Positions 55,910-64,000 of a stretch of DNA of 64,000 bases are shown piece after piece. How positions within the stretch are numbered: the stretch's first letter is position 1; each line of letters begins with the position of its first letter. The DNA comes from Thermotogota bacterium. Its GTDB lineage: Bacteria > Thermotogota > Thermotogae > MWEM01. Below the pieces are notes generated by a model. It did not search any database. It was not told where the DNA came from and worked only from the letters and a program-made list of their open reading frames with translations. The stretch lies in the NCBI GenBank assembly GCA_035391225.1, contig DAOPKN010000001.1:32808-96807 (forward strand). Direction: 5' to 3'. The position numbers and the translations under genes are program-made.

Positions 55910-57985
55910 CTACGTGGTCGAGTGGGCTTTCTTTTTCTGCACGAGCGCGTTGATGTCCAAGATCATGGCGATGGAGCCATCTCCCAGGAGTGTGGCCCCG
56001 GAAATGAATTCCACCTTTTGGAAGTTTTCCTCCAGCGACTTGATCACCACCTGGTACTTGCCCACAATTTCATCCACTTGCAACCCAAGGAACTGGTTGG
56101 AAGATTGCACCACCGTGAGCATGGTAGCCGGGGTTTTCTGGAAGCCGAAAAGTTCTCCCAGGTGTACCACGGGGATGAATTTTTCGCGGAAGGGCAGGGC
56201 TTTTCCAGCCCCCTTCACGTCAATGAGCGCTTCTTGGTCCAGGGTAAGGAATTCGGTGACAGAATGGATGGGAATCACGAAGAAATTGGAGCCCACCCGG
56301 ATCAGGATACCGTCGATGATCGCCAGGGTCAGGGGGATGGCGATGCGGAAAGCGGTGCCCTTTCCCGGTTCGCTTTGAATGTGGATGCTTCCACGGATAG
56401 AGGCCAGGTTGGATTGCACCACGTCCATCCCCACCCCACGTCCGGAAATGTCGGTGATGCGTTCCGCGGTGGAAAAACCAGGTTGCAGGATGAAACGAAA
56501 AATCTCCGAATCGGTGATTTCCTGGGTAGATTCCACCAGTCCCCTTTCTATAGCTTTTTGGAGGATCCGATCCCGGTCGAGCCCGCGCCCGTCGTCGAGA
56601 ACTTCGATGACAACCTCTCCCCCTTCGTGGTAAGCTTTTAGGGTTAGGCGAGCGGGTGAGGGTTTCCCCAGCCTTTGCCGCTCTGCGGGGGATTCGATCC
56701 CATGGTCGATGGAATTTCGAACCATGTGTTTCAACGGGTCTTTGAGCTTTTCGATCACATTCTTGTCGAGTTCGGTGTCCTCCCCCACGATTTCGAACTC
56801 CACTTCCTTTTGTTGCTGGTGGCTGAGATCACGCACCATGCGCCGGAACTGTACGAACGTTTCCTTCACCGGCACCATGCGTGTTTTCATCACCGTGGTC
56901 TGCAGCATCTCCACGTAGCGATCCAATTCCACGAGCAGTGCCTCTTCTTCCAGCTCCAGCCAGCCTTTTCGCTCCATCATCGAACGAATGCGGGACTTCG
57001 CCACCACCACTTCTCCCACGGTATCGATGAGTTCGTCCAGTTTTCCCGTGTCGATGCGAACTGTACTCAGGCGTGCCATGGTACGGACCTTCTGCTGTTC
57101 CGACACGGCCTGGTCTACGATTTTGCGTGTGACTGCACCTTGGCGAATGAGGTCTTTTCCGATGGGGTTGTGCTGCTCCATGGCCTTTTCGATTTCTTCT
57201 TCCCCCACGAACCCCTTCTGTACCAGGATTTCTCCCAAGCGTTCCTGGGTGATGGACAATTCATCCGGACGGATAGGCTCGATCGTGATCTTGTTGTCCA
57301 CGGAAACGAACAGGAAGATCGTGTCCAGTTCCTCCCTTCCGGATGTTCCGGAAATCACGATCTGCCAGTTGAGGTAGTTCTTGAAGGGGTCGAGGTTTTC
57401 GATGGGGGGGATCTTCTTCACGATCAGGCTGGAACTCACGATATGGAAGGACTGGGAAAGGTCCTCGAGGATCATCAACGGATCGGTGCCCGTTTCAAAC
57501 AGTCCCTCGTTGAATTCCAGCAGTAGGCGGAAATGGTTCAACTTCTGCGTATGCTTCGGTTCATCATGGTGGGTGCTTTCGTGGGGTTTTTCCTCCCCAT
57601 GGGTCCACTTGTGCATCCGCTCCTCGATGGCGTCCGTTCTTTCCCGATTTGCGAACGTTTTCCCGGAAAGCCTGCATTGCACCATATCCGAAAGAACATC
57701 CCGGGACTCCAGAAGCAATTGCAGGATTTCCTCGTTGACAGCAAGCGTATGGTTTCGAAGCAGGTCAAGAAGGTTTTCCGCGTGATGGGAAAAGGATTCG
57801 ACCTCCCGGTACCCCGCAAATCCCGCGCTTCCCTTCAGGGTGTGCGCCGCGCGGAAGATCTTGTTGATGATTTCCGGGTCGTTGGGGTTGGTTTCCAGGT
57901 TCAGCAGCTCTTCTTCGAAAACCCCCAATTGCTCGGATGCATCCGCTAAAAAAGCTTGCTCCAGTTCGGAAAATTCTTGGGCCAT
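55910..57985 (-). CDS. cheA: Chemotaxis histidine kinase CheA
   Basis: Hpt 'FRAAHTLKGSAGFAGY', dimerisation, HATPase ('DDGRGLD', 'GRGVGMDVV') and C-terminal CheW-like domains. Confidence 0.9.
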   Translation of the reverse strand: MAQEFSELEQAFLADASEQLGVFEEELLNLETNPNDPEIINKIFRAAHTLKGSAGFAGYREVESFSHHAENLLDLLRNHTLAVNEEILQLLLESRDVLSDMVQCRLSGKTFANRERTDAIEERMHKWTHGEEKPHESTHHDEPKHTQKLNHFRLLLEFNEGLFETGTDPLMILEDLSQSFHIVSSSLIVKKIPPIENLDPFKNYLNWQIVISGTSGREELDTIFLFVSVDNKITIEPIRPDELSITQERLGEILVQKGFVGEEEIEKAMEQHNPIGKDLIRQGAVTRKIVDQAVSEQQKVRTMARLSTVRIDTGKLDELIDTVGEVVVAKSRIRSMMERKGWLELEEEALLVELDRYVEMLQTTVMKTRMVPVKETFVQFRRMVRDLSHQQQKEVEFEIVGEDTELDKNVIEKLKDPLKHMVRNSIDHGIESPAERQRLGKPSPARLTLKAYHEGGEVVIEVLDDGRGLDRDRILQKAIERGLVESTQEITDSEIFRFILQPGFSTAERITDISGRGVGMDVVQSNLASIRGSIHIQSEPGKGTAFRIAIPLTLAIIDGILIRVGSNFFVIPIHSVTEFLTLDQEALIDVKGAGKALPFREKFIPVVHLGELFGFQKTPATMLTVVQSSNQFLGLQVDEIVGKYQVVIKSLEENFQKVEFISGATLLGDGSIAMILDINALVQKKKAHSTT

Positions 57986-57998
57986 GGGTATTCCCCCT

Positions 57999-58379
57999 TT
58001 ATCGGATCAGCTTCTTGATGATTTCGACGAGTTGGGTGGGTTGGAAGGGCTTGACGAGCCATCCCGTTGCCCCGGCTTGCTTTCCCTTGAGCTTCATCGA
58101 TTCCTGTGATTCGGTGGTGAGTACCAGGATGGGAGTAAATTTGTACGCCATATTCTTGCGCAATTCGGTGATGAAGGTGATGCCATCCATCTGGGGCATG
58201 TTCACGTCGGAAATGATCAGGTTTACACGCTTCCCGGACTTGGAAAGGCTCTCCAGCTTCTGCAAAGCGTCTTTACCGTTGCTTCCCTCTTGCACTTCGT
58301 ACCCTTCCTTGGTCAAAGTGGCCTTCACCGCAACCCGCACGGTGATGGAATCGTCCACGATCATGATGACCTTACTCAC
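57999..58379 (-). CDS. cheY: Chemotaxis response regulator CheY
   Basis: Start set at GTG 58379, giving '(M)SKVIMIVDDSITVR...LIISDVNMPQMDG...LVLTTESQ...KP'. The ORF-track N-terminal extension is not receiver-like. Confidence 0.85.
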   Translation of the reverse strand: MSKVIMIVDDSITVRVAVKATLTKEGYEVQEGSNGKDALQKLESLSKSGKRVNLIISDVNMPQMDGITFITELRKNMAYKFTPILVLTTESQESMKLKGKQAGATGWLVKPFQPTQLVEIIKKLIR

Positions 58380-58650
58380 CGTCCTGCACCTCCAGGTCAA
58401 GCACGTTGGTGACTCCGTACATCTGGAGACGCGGCTCCATGGACTTGGAGAAAAGGAAGCGACAGGGTTTTTCCAAGCGATCACGGGTTTTCTGGATGGA
58501 GACAAGCATCTGGAGAGCGGAACCGTCGAATTCCTTCACGCCGGTCAGGTCAAGGATCAGCTCCGCTTCATCCTGTACCAGCGGAAGGATTTCATCGAAA
58601 AGGGGTTTCAAGGTAAAGATGGTTACTTCTTCGGGGAGTTGGATTTTCAT
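58372..58650 (-). CDS. STAS-domain protein (anti-sigma-factor-antagonist-like) within the che operon
   Basis: Start set at ATG 58650 (AGAGGTGG site upstream). 92 aa, 'MKIQLPEEVTIFTLKPLFDEILPLV...LILDLTGVKEFDGSALQMLVSI' has the SpoIIAA/STAS layout. The 3' end overlaps the cheY start by 8 nt. Confidence 0.55.
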   Translation of the reverse strand: MKIQLPEEVTIFTLKPLFDEILPLVQDEAELILDLTGVKEFDGSALQMLVSIQKTRDRLEKPCRFLFSKSMEPRLQMYGVTNVLDLEVQDGE

Positions 58651-58675
58651 CAAGACCACCTCTTGGGTTTCAAAA

Positions 58676-60412
58676 TCAAAACAGGGTGAATTCCCCACCC
58701 TCGGATCCAACGTCCTCAATTTCCATGTGTTTTTGGGCAACGATGCGCTCGCGGTACGTTGTCATTCGTTCCACGAGGTTTTTCATGGCGGGATCCGTTC
58801 GGAAATCGAAATCGCTCTCGGGAATTGTTTTTTGCATGCGAAGCAAGAATTGTCCGGTTGCTTCTTCCAGGGATTCCAAGCTTCGGATTTGAACCACGAA
58901 CTTGCTTTCCAACAATTGCACCTTATCGGTCCGCTCGTCTACCACGTCCAGCAGAGCTCCATACTCGAGTTGCATGGTTTTCACCAATTTTTGCAACGCG
59001 TCGAACACTTGCTTGAGCTCCTCCTTGGAAATCACCCTTTCGGAGAGTTCCTCGTACCGATCAAAATCGTCTTGGTTCCTCGTGTACAATTCTCCCAGGG
59101 AATGCACCACCGAATGTAGGTTCTTGGTTTTTTCTTGCACGTGGGAAAGAATGGCCTCGAATTGCTCCTGGTTGTCACTGGCCTTTTTCCCCAGAAGGTG
59201 TGTCAAGCGAGACAGTTCGGCTTTGAGCAGTATTTTCATCGTCTGGAAACGCTTGATAACCCCTTTGGAATTCTGCACGTGCTCCTCCAGTAGTTGGATC
59301 TTCTGCTCGAAATTGGAAAGAAAGTTCTTGAGATTGGCAAGGTTTTCCATCACGTCTTGCATGAAAATGGTGTTTTGCACGGTGATGATCATGATTTCAT
59401 GCACCACGCGGTCCAGGGATTCCACGTTTTCCGGATCGAAAAATTGCCCGAACGTAGCGAGCTGTTCTTGCATTTGCCCGGTGCAATTTTGGGTGAGTTC
59501 TTTCATCTGCTGTTGCACGCCTTGGAAGGATTCCATGAACTGCTGCGCACCGTTGTCAAAGATTTCCCGCGAAATCTGGATCACGAAGTGCAGGAAACCT
59601 TGGTCTTCGAGATTCTTGCTCTCCCGCAACCGGGTAGTGGCTTCGTCGAGGAATTCGATGATGTGCTCCAATTCTTGGCGGAAAATATCTTGGTCTACCA
59701 GGTGCGCCAACAATTCTGGCACTTTTTGGCCACTTTCTTGCACAGAAGCCTGAAGCTGCTGTTGGAACCCGAAAAACCCCTGCTCCATGGCTTTGAACTG
59801 CTCCATAAGTTGGGAAAAGGAGGCTTGGAGCTTTTCCAGCTGCTTGAAACGTGTGATGTGTTCCCGGAGGGTATCCAGCGCGGGGAAATTTTGCTCGATG
59901 ATGGTATGAATCTGGGAAAAATGCTGGCTCAACCGGGAAGATTCCCTTTGGATTTCGCGGGAAAGAATGGAAAAAGCTCCCCCTGCCTCACCCAGTTGGG
60001 AGGCGGTGATCGAGGAATTCGTGGCTGCCATGGAAAGCTCTTCCAGGATAAGGTCGATTTCCTTCGTTGCGTGAATGATCTGGGCAATCACGGAGTTGCC
60101 CCGACTGCTCCCGAAAATTTCCCGGAAAATGGTTTCGGAAAGTTGCACCACTTGGAGCAGGGCATTCAGGGAATTTTCGATGGTCATCCGGATTTCCGAT
60201 AGTCTCTCCACGAAGCCGCTCCCATCACGGCTGTCGGAGAAAAACATGGACAAAAAGGACTGGATCTCTCCCAGCAAAAACGACAAATCCCCCTCGAACG
60301 AAGAGAGGATGTTATACACCTCAAGGCCCAGCTGTTCAGAGGAACCCATGGATTGGGTCACATACTTGCGAATGCGCTCAAGCTCGTCGGAAAAATCGAT
60401 GATTAGGGGCAA
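58676..60412 (-). CDS. Large all-alpha coiled-coil protein of unknown function at the head of the che operon region
   Basis: 578-aa ORF with strong coding periodicity. Its composition is heptad-rich and Glu/Leu/Gln-rich, and no catalytic motif is recognisable. Confidence 0.45.
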   Translation of the reverse strand: MPLIIDFSDELERIRKYVTQSMGSSEQLGLEVYNILSSFEGDLSFLLGEIQSFLSMFFSDSRDGSGFVERLSEIRMTIENSLNALLQVVQLSETIFREIFGSSRGNSVIAQIIHATKEIDLILEELSMAATNSSITASQLGEAGGAFSILSREIQRESSRLSQHFSQIHTIIEQNFPALDTLREHITRFKQLEKLQASFSQLMEQFKAMEQGFFGFQQQLQASVQESGQKVPELLAHLVDQDIFRQELEHIIEFLDEATTRLRESKNLEDQGFLHFVIQISREIFDNGAQQFMESFQGVQQQMKELTQNCTGQMQEQLATFGQFFDPENVESLDRVVHEIMIITVQNTIFMQDVMENLANLKNFLSNFEQKIQLLEEHVQNSKGVIKRFQTMKILLKAELSRLTHLLGKKASDNQEQFEAILSHVQEKTKNLHSVVHSLGELYTRNQDDFDRYEELSERVISKEELKQVFDALQKLVKTMQLEYGALLDVVDERTDKVQLLESKFVVQIRSLESLEEATGQFLLRMQKTIPESDFDFRTDPAMKNLVERMTTYRERIVAQKHMEIEDVGSEGGEFTLF

Positions 60413-60426
60413 AAAATCACTTCCCG

Positions 60427-60858
60427 TTAGGATTCGGGGGAGAGCTCTGTTGCCGGGGTATGGAGCACTTGGTCCAGCAATTCATCCAGCTTATTTTTCA
60501 AGATGGGTTTCACAAGGTACCCATCGCATTGGTTCTGGAAGGACTGGTACACGTTCTCAAAATCATCCAGCGCGGTTGTCATGATGATCTTTTGGCGCGC
60601 CTGTTTCGGAATATTCTGCTGTTCCTCCTGGTTGCGGATTTCCGCGAGCAATTTCTGGCCATCTTTTACCGGCATCATGATGTCCAGGAAAATCAGCGCA
60701 AACGGCATACCTTCCCTATGGGCTTTTTCCAACATGGCAGAAGCGCTCATTCCATTTTCGGCCATTTCGATGGAGAAAGGGCGGTCTTTGAGCAAAAGTA
60801 GTAGTAAACGCGCAGAGATGGGGTCATCTTCCACGATCAAAACCCGGATACCTATCAT
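60427..60858 (-). CDS. Single-domain response regulator (receiver)
   Basis: Start set at ATG 60858 (GGAAAGAGGAG site upstream). 'IRVLIVEDDPISAR...LIFLDIMMPVKDG...IIMTTA...KP' is a receiver domain. Confidence 0.8.
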   Translation of the reverse strand: MIGIRVLIVEDDPISARLLLLLLKDRPFSIEMAENGMSASAMLEKAHREGMPFALIFLDIMMPVKDGQKLLAEIRNQEEQQNIPKQARQKIIMTTALDDFENVYQSFQNQCDGYLVKPILKNKLDELLDQVLHTPATELSPES

Positions 60859-61062
60859 CTCCTCTTTCCTCGCGGGATGTATGAGGTAGTATACCATACT
60901 CCCCGAGTAGCAGGAAAGAAAACTTCTTCTTCGGAAAGAATGGGGTCAACAATTCTTGGTAAGGCGGGCCATCAAGAGAAGCGGCACGAATTTTATGAAC
61001 AGAAAGTATTTGAGATTTCTTTTGACGTGCAAGACTGTTTTGAAAAAAGGAAGATTGGCAGT

Positions 61063-61095
61063 GTAAAAAACAAAAAGCACACAAACACGTGTGCC
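61063..61095 (-). terminator. Rho-independent terminator downstream of the minus-strand tRNA cluster
   Basis: 'GCACACaaacacGTGTGC' hairpin at 61077-61095, followed on the minus strand by a U-rich tract (plus-strand 'aaaaaacaaaaa', 61065-61076). Confidence 0.5.
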
Positions 61096-61099
61096 TTCT

Positions 61100-61176
61100 T
61101 GGTGGCGGCGGTCAGATTCGAACTGACGACTCTACGGGTATGAACCGTATGCTCTAGCCAACTGAGCTACACCGCC
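61100..61176 (-). tRNA. tRNA-Met (CAU), elongator type (could also be tRNA-Ile2 if lysidinylated)
   Basis: 77-nt cloverleaf 'GGCGGUGUAGCUCAGUUGGCUAGAGCAUACGGUUCAUACCCGUAGAGUCGUCAGUUCGAAUCUGACCGCCGCCACCA'. Anticodon loop UUCAUAC, encoded CCA. The anticodon stem lacks the three G-C pairs of initiator tRNA. Confidence 0.85.
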
Positions 61177-61184
61177 AAGGAATA

Positions 61185-61261
<77 letters not shown>

Positions 61262-61281
61262 ACGAGTAAGGTTCCGTTACC

Positions 61282-61370
61282 TGGTGCCGAGGGCGGGACT
61301 TGAACCCGCACGAAGCTTACGCTTCAACGGATTTTAAGTCCGTTGCGTCTGCCAGTTCCGCCACCTCGGC
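61282..61370 (-). tRNA. tRNA-Leu (UAA)
   Basis: 89-nt class II tRNA with a long variable arm 'GCCGAGGUGGCGGAACUGGCAGACGCAACGGACUUAAAAUCCGUUG...GGUUCAAGUCCCGCCCUCGGCACCA'. Anticodon loop CUUAAAA. Confidence 0.85.
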
Positions 61371-61406
61371 CAGCAACGGATACTATACCACAAAGGGTTT
61401 TGGATG

Positions 61407-63152
61407 TCAACCCACCAGTTCGTCGAGCATGCGGGCGATGAAGTCGAAACCTTTTTGCCAGAATCCCGGGTCTTGCAAGTCGATTCCCAGCTTCGCCAGT
61501 AACCGCTCGGGTTTGTCTTTCCCACCGCTTTGTAGCAGTTCCAGGTAGAGGGGCTTGAACGATGCGCCCTCCTCGAGGTATTTCTCGTACAGCGAAATCA
61601 CCAGAAGGTTGGCGAAGTTGTAGGCGTACACGTAGAAAGGTACACCGAAGAAGTGGGGAACCGATGCCCACTCGTTGCGGAAATGTTCCGGAAGGATGAC
61701 CCCGGAGGGGAACATACCTTTCAATTCGGTCTCGTAGAGGGTGCACAGGTCGTCGTAAGAACAAAAACCTTCCTTGGAGATGGCGTCGTGGGAGGAAACC
61801 TCGAACCGGGCAAACATGTTCTGGCGGAATGTTGTGGCAAAGGTGTCTTCCAGCATGGAGGCCACGAGCATTTCGCGGTCTTCGCCTTGTAACCCTTTCT
61901 TGAGTTGATCAAACACCAGGAATTCGCCGAAAACGGAGGCGACTTCGGCCATGGTAAGCGGTGTATGGTAGTTCAGGAACGTTTGCTGGGAAGAAAGCGT
62001 GCCGTGCAGACCGTGGCCGAGCTCGTGGGCCAGCGTCATCACGTCACGCGCGGATTGGCTGTAGTTGACCAGCACGAAGGGCTTGTAGTTGGGGGTATAG
62101 TACGAGCAGAAGGCGCCTCCCCGTTTTCCACTCGCGATGTCGGAGTCGATGCGTCTCTCTTCGAAAAAGGACTCCACGATTTTGCCCGCTTGTTCGTCGA
62201 AATGCGTATAGCTCTCCACCACGATTTTCCGCGCTTGCTCGAAGGAGAACTCGGTTTTCACGGGCTTCAGTGGCGCGTACACATCGGCAAGCGAGATTTC
62301 GATGCCCATCTTCTTGCCTTTCCACACGTAGTACTTGGAAACCAGGTGGGTGTTGGCAGAGGTAACCTCGATGAGGTTTTGGACCACGTTGTCGGATACT
62401 TCGTTGTCCATGTTCTGCATGGAGATGGGGCGTGGGTACTTCCGTAACCGGGCTTCGGTGTCAAAGTCTTTCTCGATCACGTTGTACAGCCCTTCGATGA
62501 TGGTAGCGTCAGCGCGGTAGGGTTTGAAGTACGATTCCATGGCCATTTTCCGTGTAGCCTGGTCGGGATGGTACCGCAAGTTGCGCACCTGGTCACCGGT
62601 AAGGATCTTGGTTTCTCCTTCCACTTCGAGCGTATACTCGTAGGCGGAAACCACTTTTTCGTACAAGTCGTAAAGGGGTTCCCGACCCGAAACTTCCTTG
62701 GCCGCCAACACTTGTTCGGTTTCCACCGAGAAGCGGTGGCACTTTTCCTCGATGATCTTTTCCAGAACGTGTGCGTACGCGGGAATGGCTTCTCGAAGCT
62801 GTTGCAACTTTTGCTGGCTCTGAGCACCCAGCGAGGGTTCGATAAACGCGAGGTGTTGCTTGATTTCTCCCTCCATGCTCTGCAGCCATCCCATCTTTTT
62901 TTGGGCCACCGGATTCTTCGTGTTCTGCGAAAACAGAAGACCGACGTACTGCCCGGCGTTTCCACCTGCTTGGAAAACCGCCTCCTGTCGCTGGAAGAGT
63001 TCTTCCACCGTCTGTGGCGAAAGGTCAGGGTTGGTCAACAGCGGAGCATAGGTTTCTTCCAACTGCCTGGCGAGGCGCAGCGCTTCCTCCATGTCTTGCG
63101 CGAGTTTGGGGTCTTCCGGGGAAGTGTAAAAAAACTCCAGGTTCCACTTCAT
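61407..63152 (-). CDS. pepF: Oligoendopeptidase F (M3B family)
   Basis: 'LAHELGHGLHGTL' HExxH zinc motif in an M3 context. Start set at ATG 63152 (GGAGGA 7 nt upstream), giving a 582-aa protein. The ORF-track extension to 63806 lacks PepF similarity. Confidence 0.85.
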   Translation of the reverse strand: MKWNLEFFYTSPEDPKLAQDMEEALRLARQLEETYAPLLTNPDLSPQTVEELFQRQEAVFQAGGNAGQYVGLLFSQNTKNPVAQKKMGWLQSMEGEIKQHLAFIEPSLGAQSQQKLQQLREAIPAYAHVLEKIIEEKCHRFSVETEQVLAAKEVSGREPLYDLYEKVVSAYEYTLEVEGETKILTGDQVRNLRYHPDQATRKMAMESYFKPYRADATIIEGLYNVIEKDFDTEARLRKYPRPISMQNMDNEVSDNVVQNLIEVTSANTHLVSKYYVWKGKKMGIEISLADVYAPLKPVKTEFSFEQARKIVVESYTHFDEQAGKIVESFFEERRIDSDIASGKRGGAFCSYYTPNYKPFVLVNYSQSARDVMTLAHELGHGLHGTLSSQQTFLNYHTPLTMAEVASVFGEFLVFDQLKKGLQGEDREMLVASMLEDTFATTFRQNMFARFEVSSHDAISKEGFCSYDDLCTLYETELKGMFPSGVILPEHFRNEWASVPHFFGVPFYVYAYNFANLLVISLYEKYLEEGASFKPLYLELLQSGGKDKPERLLAKLGIDLQDPGFWQKGFDFIARMLDELVG

Positions 63153-63316
63153 GGTGTCCTCCTTGTTCCATTCTTCAACGAATAGGTTTTTTGGGCGATG
63201 CGTGGTGTATACTTGCTGCAAGACTCCACCAACCATCGTGGCGGGTTGGGGTCTTTCGTGAGCATTATATAGCAAACGATCGGAAAAGTAAAACCATACC
63301 GTGCAGGAGGGAAAGG

Positions 63317-64000
63317 ATGGAAACCTGGAAACCCAACGGGCCCATCGTGGATGGGCACTATGATTTCTTGATGGATGTTGCGCCCAGAAGGGAAAAGGGA
63401 GAACAAAGAGTGATGCAACGCGTCTTCCTGGAGCAAATCCGCGCAGGGGGATTTGGATTCGTGGGGTCTTCGCTGTTCCTGGAGAACGAGTTTTTACCCG
63501 AAATGGCCCTTCGCAAGACACTGGCCATGATTGGGGGACTATACGAAGAGATCGACGAAAGCCCCGGGGAAATGATGGTTTGTACGAAAGCGTCGGACTT
63601 CGACAGCTGCATGCAGCAGGGAAAGGTCGGTTTTGTGCTCGCCTTCGAGGGGGTAGAAGCCTTGATGGGAGACCGCTCGCTTCTCCGCGTTTTCCACCAG
63701 CTGGGAGTGCGGATGGTGGGGATAACCTGGAGCAGGCGCAACGATGCCGGTGACGGATGCACCTTCCGGAGCAGCGAACCCCAGAGTCCCGCGGGATTAA
63801 CCCCATTTGGGTTCTGGTTGGTGGAGGAGTGCCAGCGCCTGGGGATGGTCCTGGATATCAGCCACTTGAACGACGCGGGTATGGAGGATGTTCTGCGCAC
63901 CAGCCGCGCACCCGTGGTGGCTTCGCACTCGAATGCCCGGGCACTCGTGGATTCCCCCCGGAACCTCACCGATGAACAGATCTTCAAGATAGCCCAGGGG
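63317..64000 (+). CDS. Membrane dipeptidase (M19, renal-dipeptidase family), 3'-partial at the window edge
   Basis: This frame, translated by hand, is open from ATG 63317 to the window end and is absent from the ORF track because it has no stop. GGAGGGAAAGG site upstream. 'IVDGHYDFL', 'GVRMVGITWSRRND' and 'VVASHSNARAL' are M19 signature regions. Confidence 0.75.
   Translation, partial: METWKPNGPIVDGHYDFLMDVAPRREKGEQRVMQRVFLEQIRAGGFGFVGSSLFLENEFLPEMALRKTLAMIGGLYEEIDESPGEMMVCTKASDFDSCMQQGKVGFVLAFEGVEALMGDRSLLRVFHQLGVRMVGITWSRRNDAGDGCTFRSSEPQSPAGLTPFGFWLVEECQRLGMVLDISHLNDAGMEDVLRTSRAPVVASHSNARALVDSPRNLTDEQIFKIAQG

Noticed and set aside
61407-63806. 799-aa version of the pepF ORF
   Set aside because: The 217 extra N-terminal residues are Arg/Pro/Ser-rich and partly overlap the tRNA-Leu region direction-wise. 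The ATG at 63152 with a GGAGGA site gives a 582-aa M3B peptidase of normal length.

Overview
The window is a 64 kb bacterial chromosomal segment that is unusually dense in signal-transduction genes. The most interesting locus (20.5-22.1 kb) is a small CARF-domain protein followed by a CARF-RelE fusion resembling the Cami1 type III CRISPR ancillary effector. No cas genes, CRISPR array or cyclic-nucleotide synthase lie anywhere in the window, so it looks like an orphan cyclic-oligoadenylate-responsive module. This is the best candidate for an undescribed system here.

The first 20.5 kb carries six large PAS/PAC hybrid sensor histidine kinases, two stand-alone receiver proteins, a methyl-accepting chemotaxis protein, an isochorismatase-like hydrolase, a DUF4180-like small protein and an M29 aminopeptidase.

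After the CARF locus come a DUF2812-PadR module divergent from a PfkB sugar kinase, with a palindromic candidate operator between them. Then a tocopherol-cyclase-like gene translationally coupled to a secreted GH13 amylase, followed by serS, a three-repeat periplasmic protein, RseP, a LysM protein, pnp and an M16 peptidase. Next is a cluster of three HD-GYP phosphodiesterases with an alkaline-phosphatase-superfamily enzyme, then a ribosomal-L9-N-domain/NYN nuclease fusion, an MtaD-like amidohydrolase, an M50 peptidase, a GlpP-like protein, a YqeK-like HD protein and rlmN-lgt-dnaB.

The last part holds a complete chemosensory operon (MCP-cheW-cheR-cheB-cheD-cheA-cheY) extended by a STAS protein, a 578-aa coiled-coil protein and an extra receiver. 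It ends with a tRNA-Leu/tRNA-fMet/tRNA-Met cluster, pepF and a 3'-truncated M19 dipeptidase.

Strong GGAGG-type ribosome-binding sites and frequent GTG/TTG starts let me re-position many start codons relative to the ORF track. All protein family calls come from motif recognition by eye, with no database searches.
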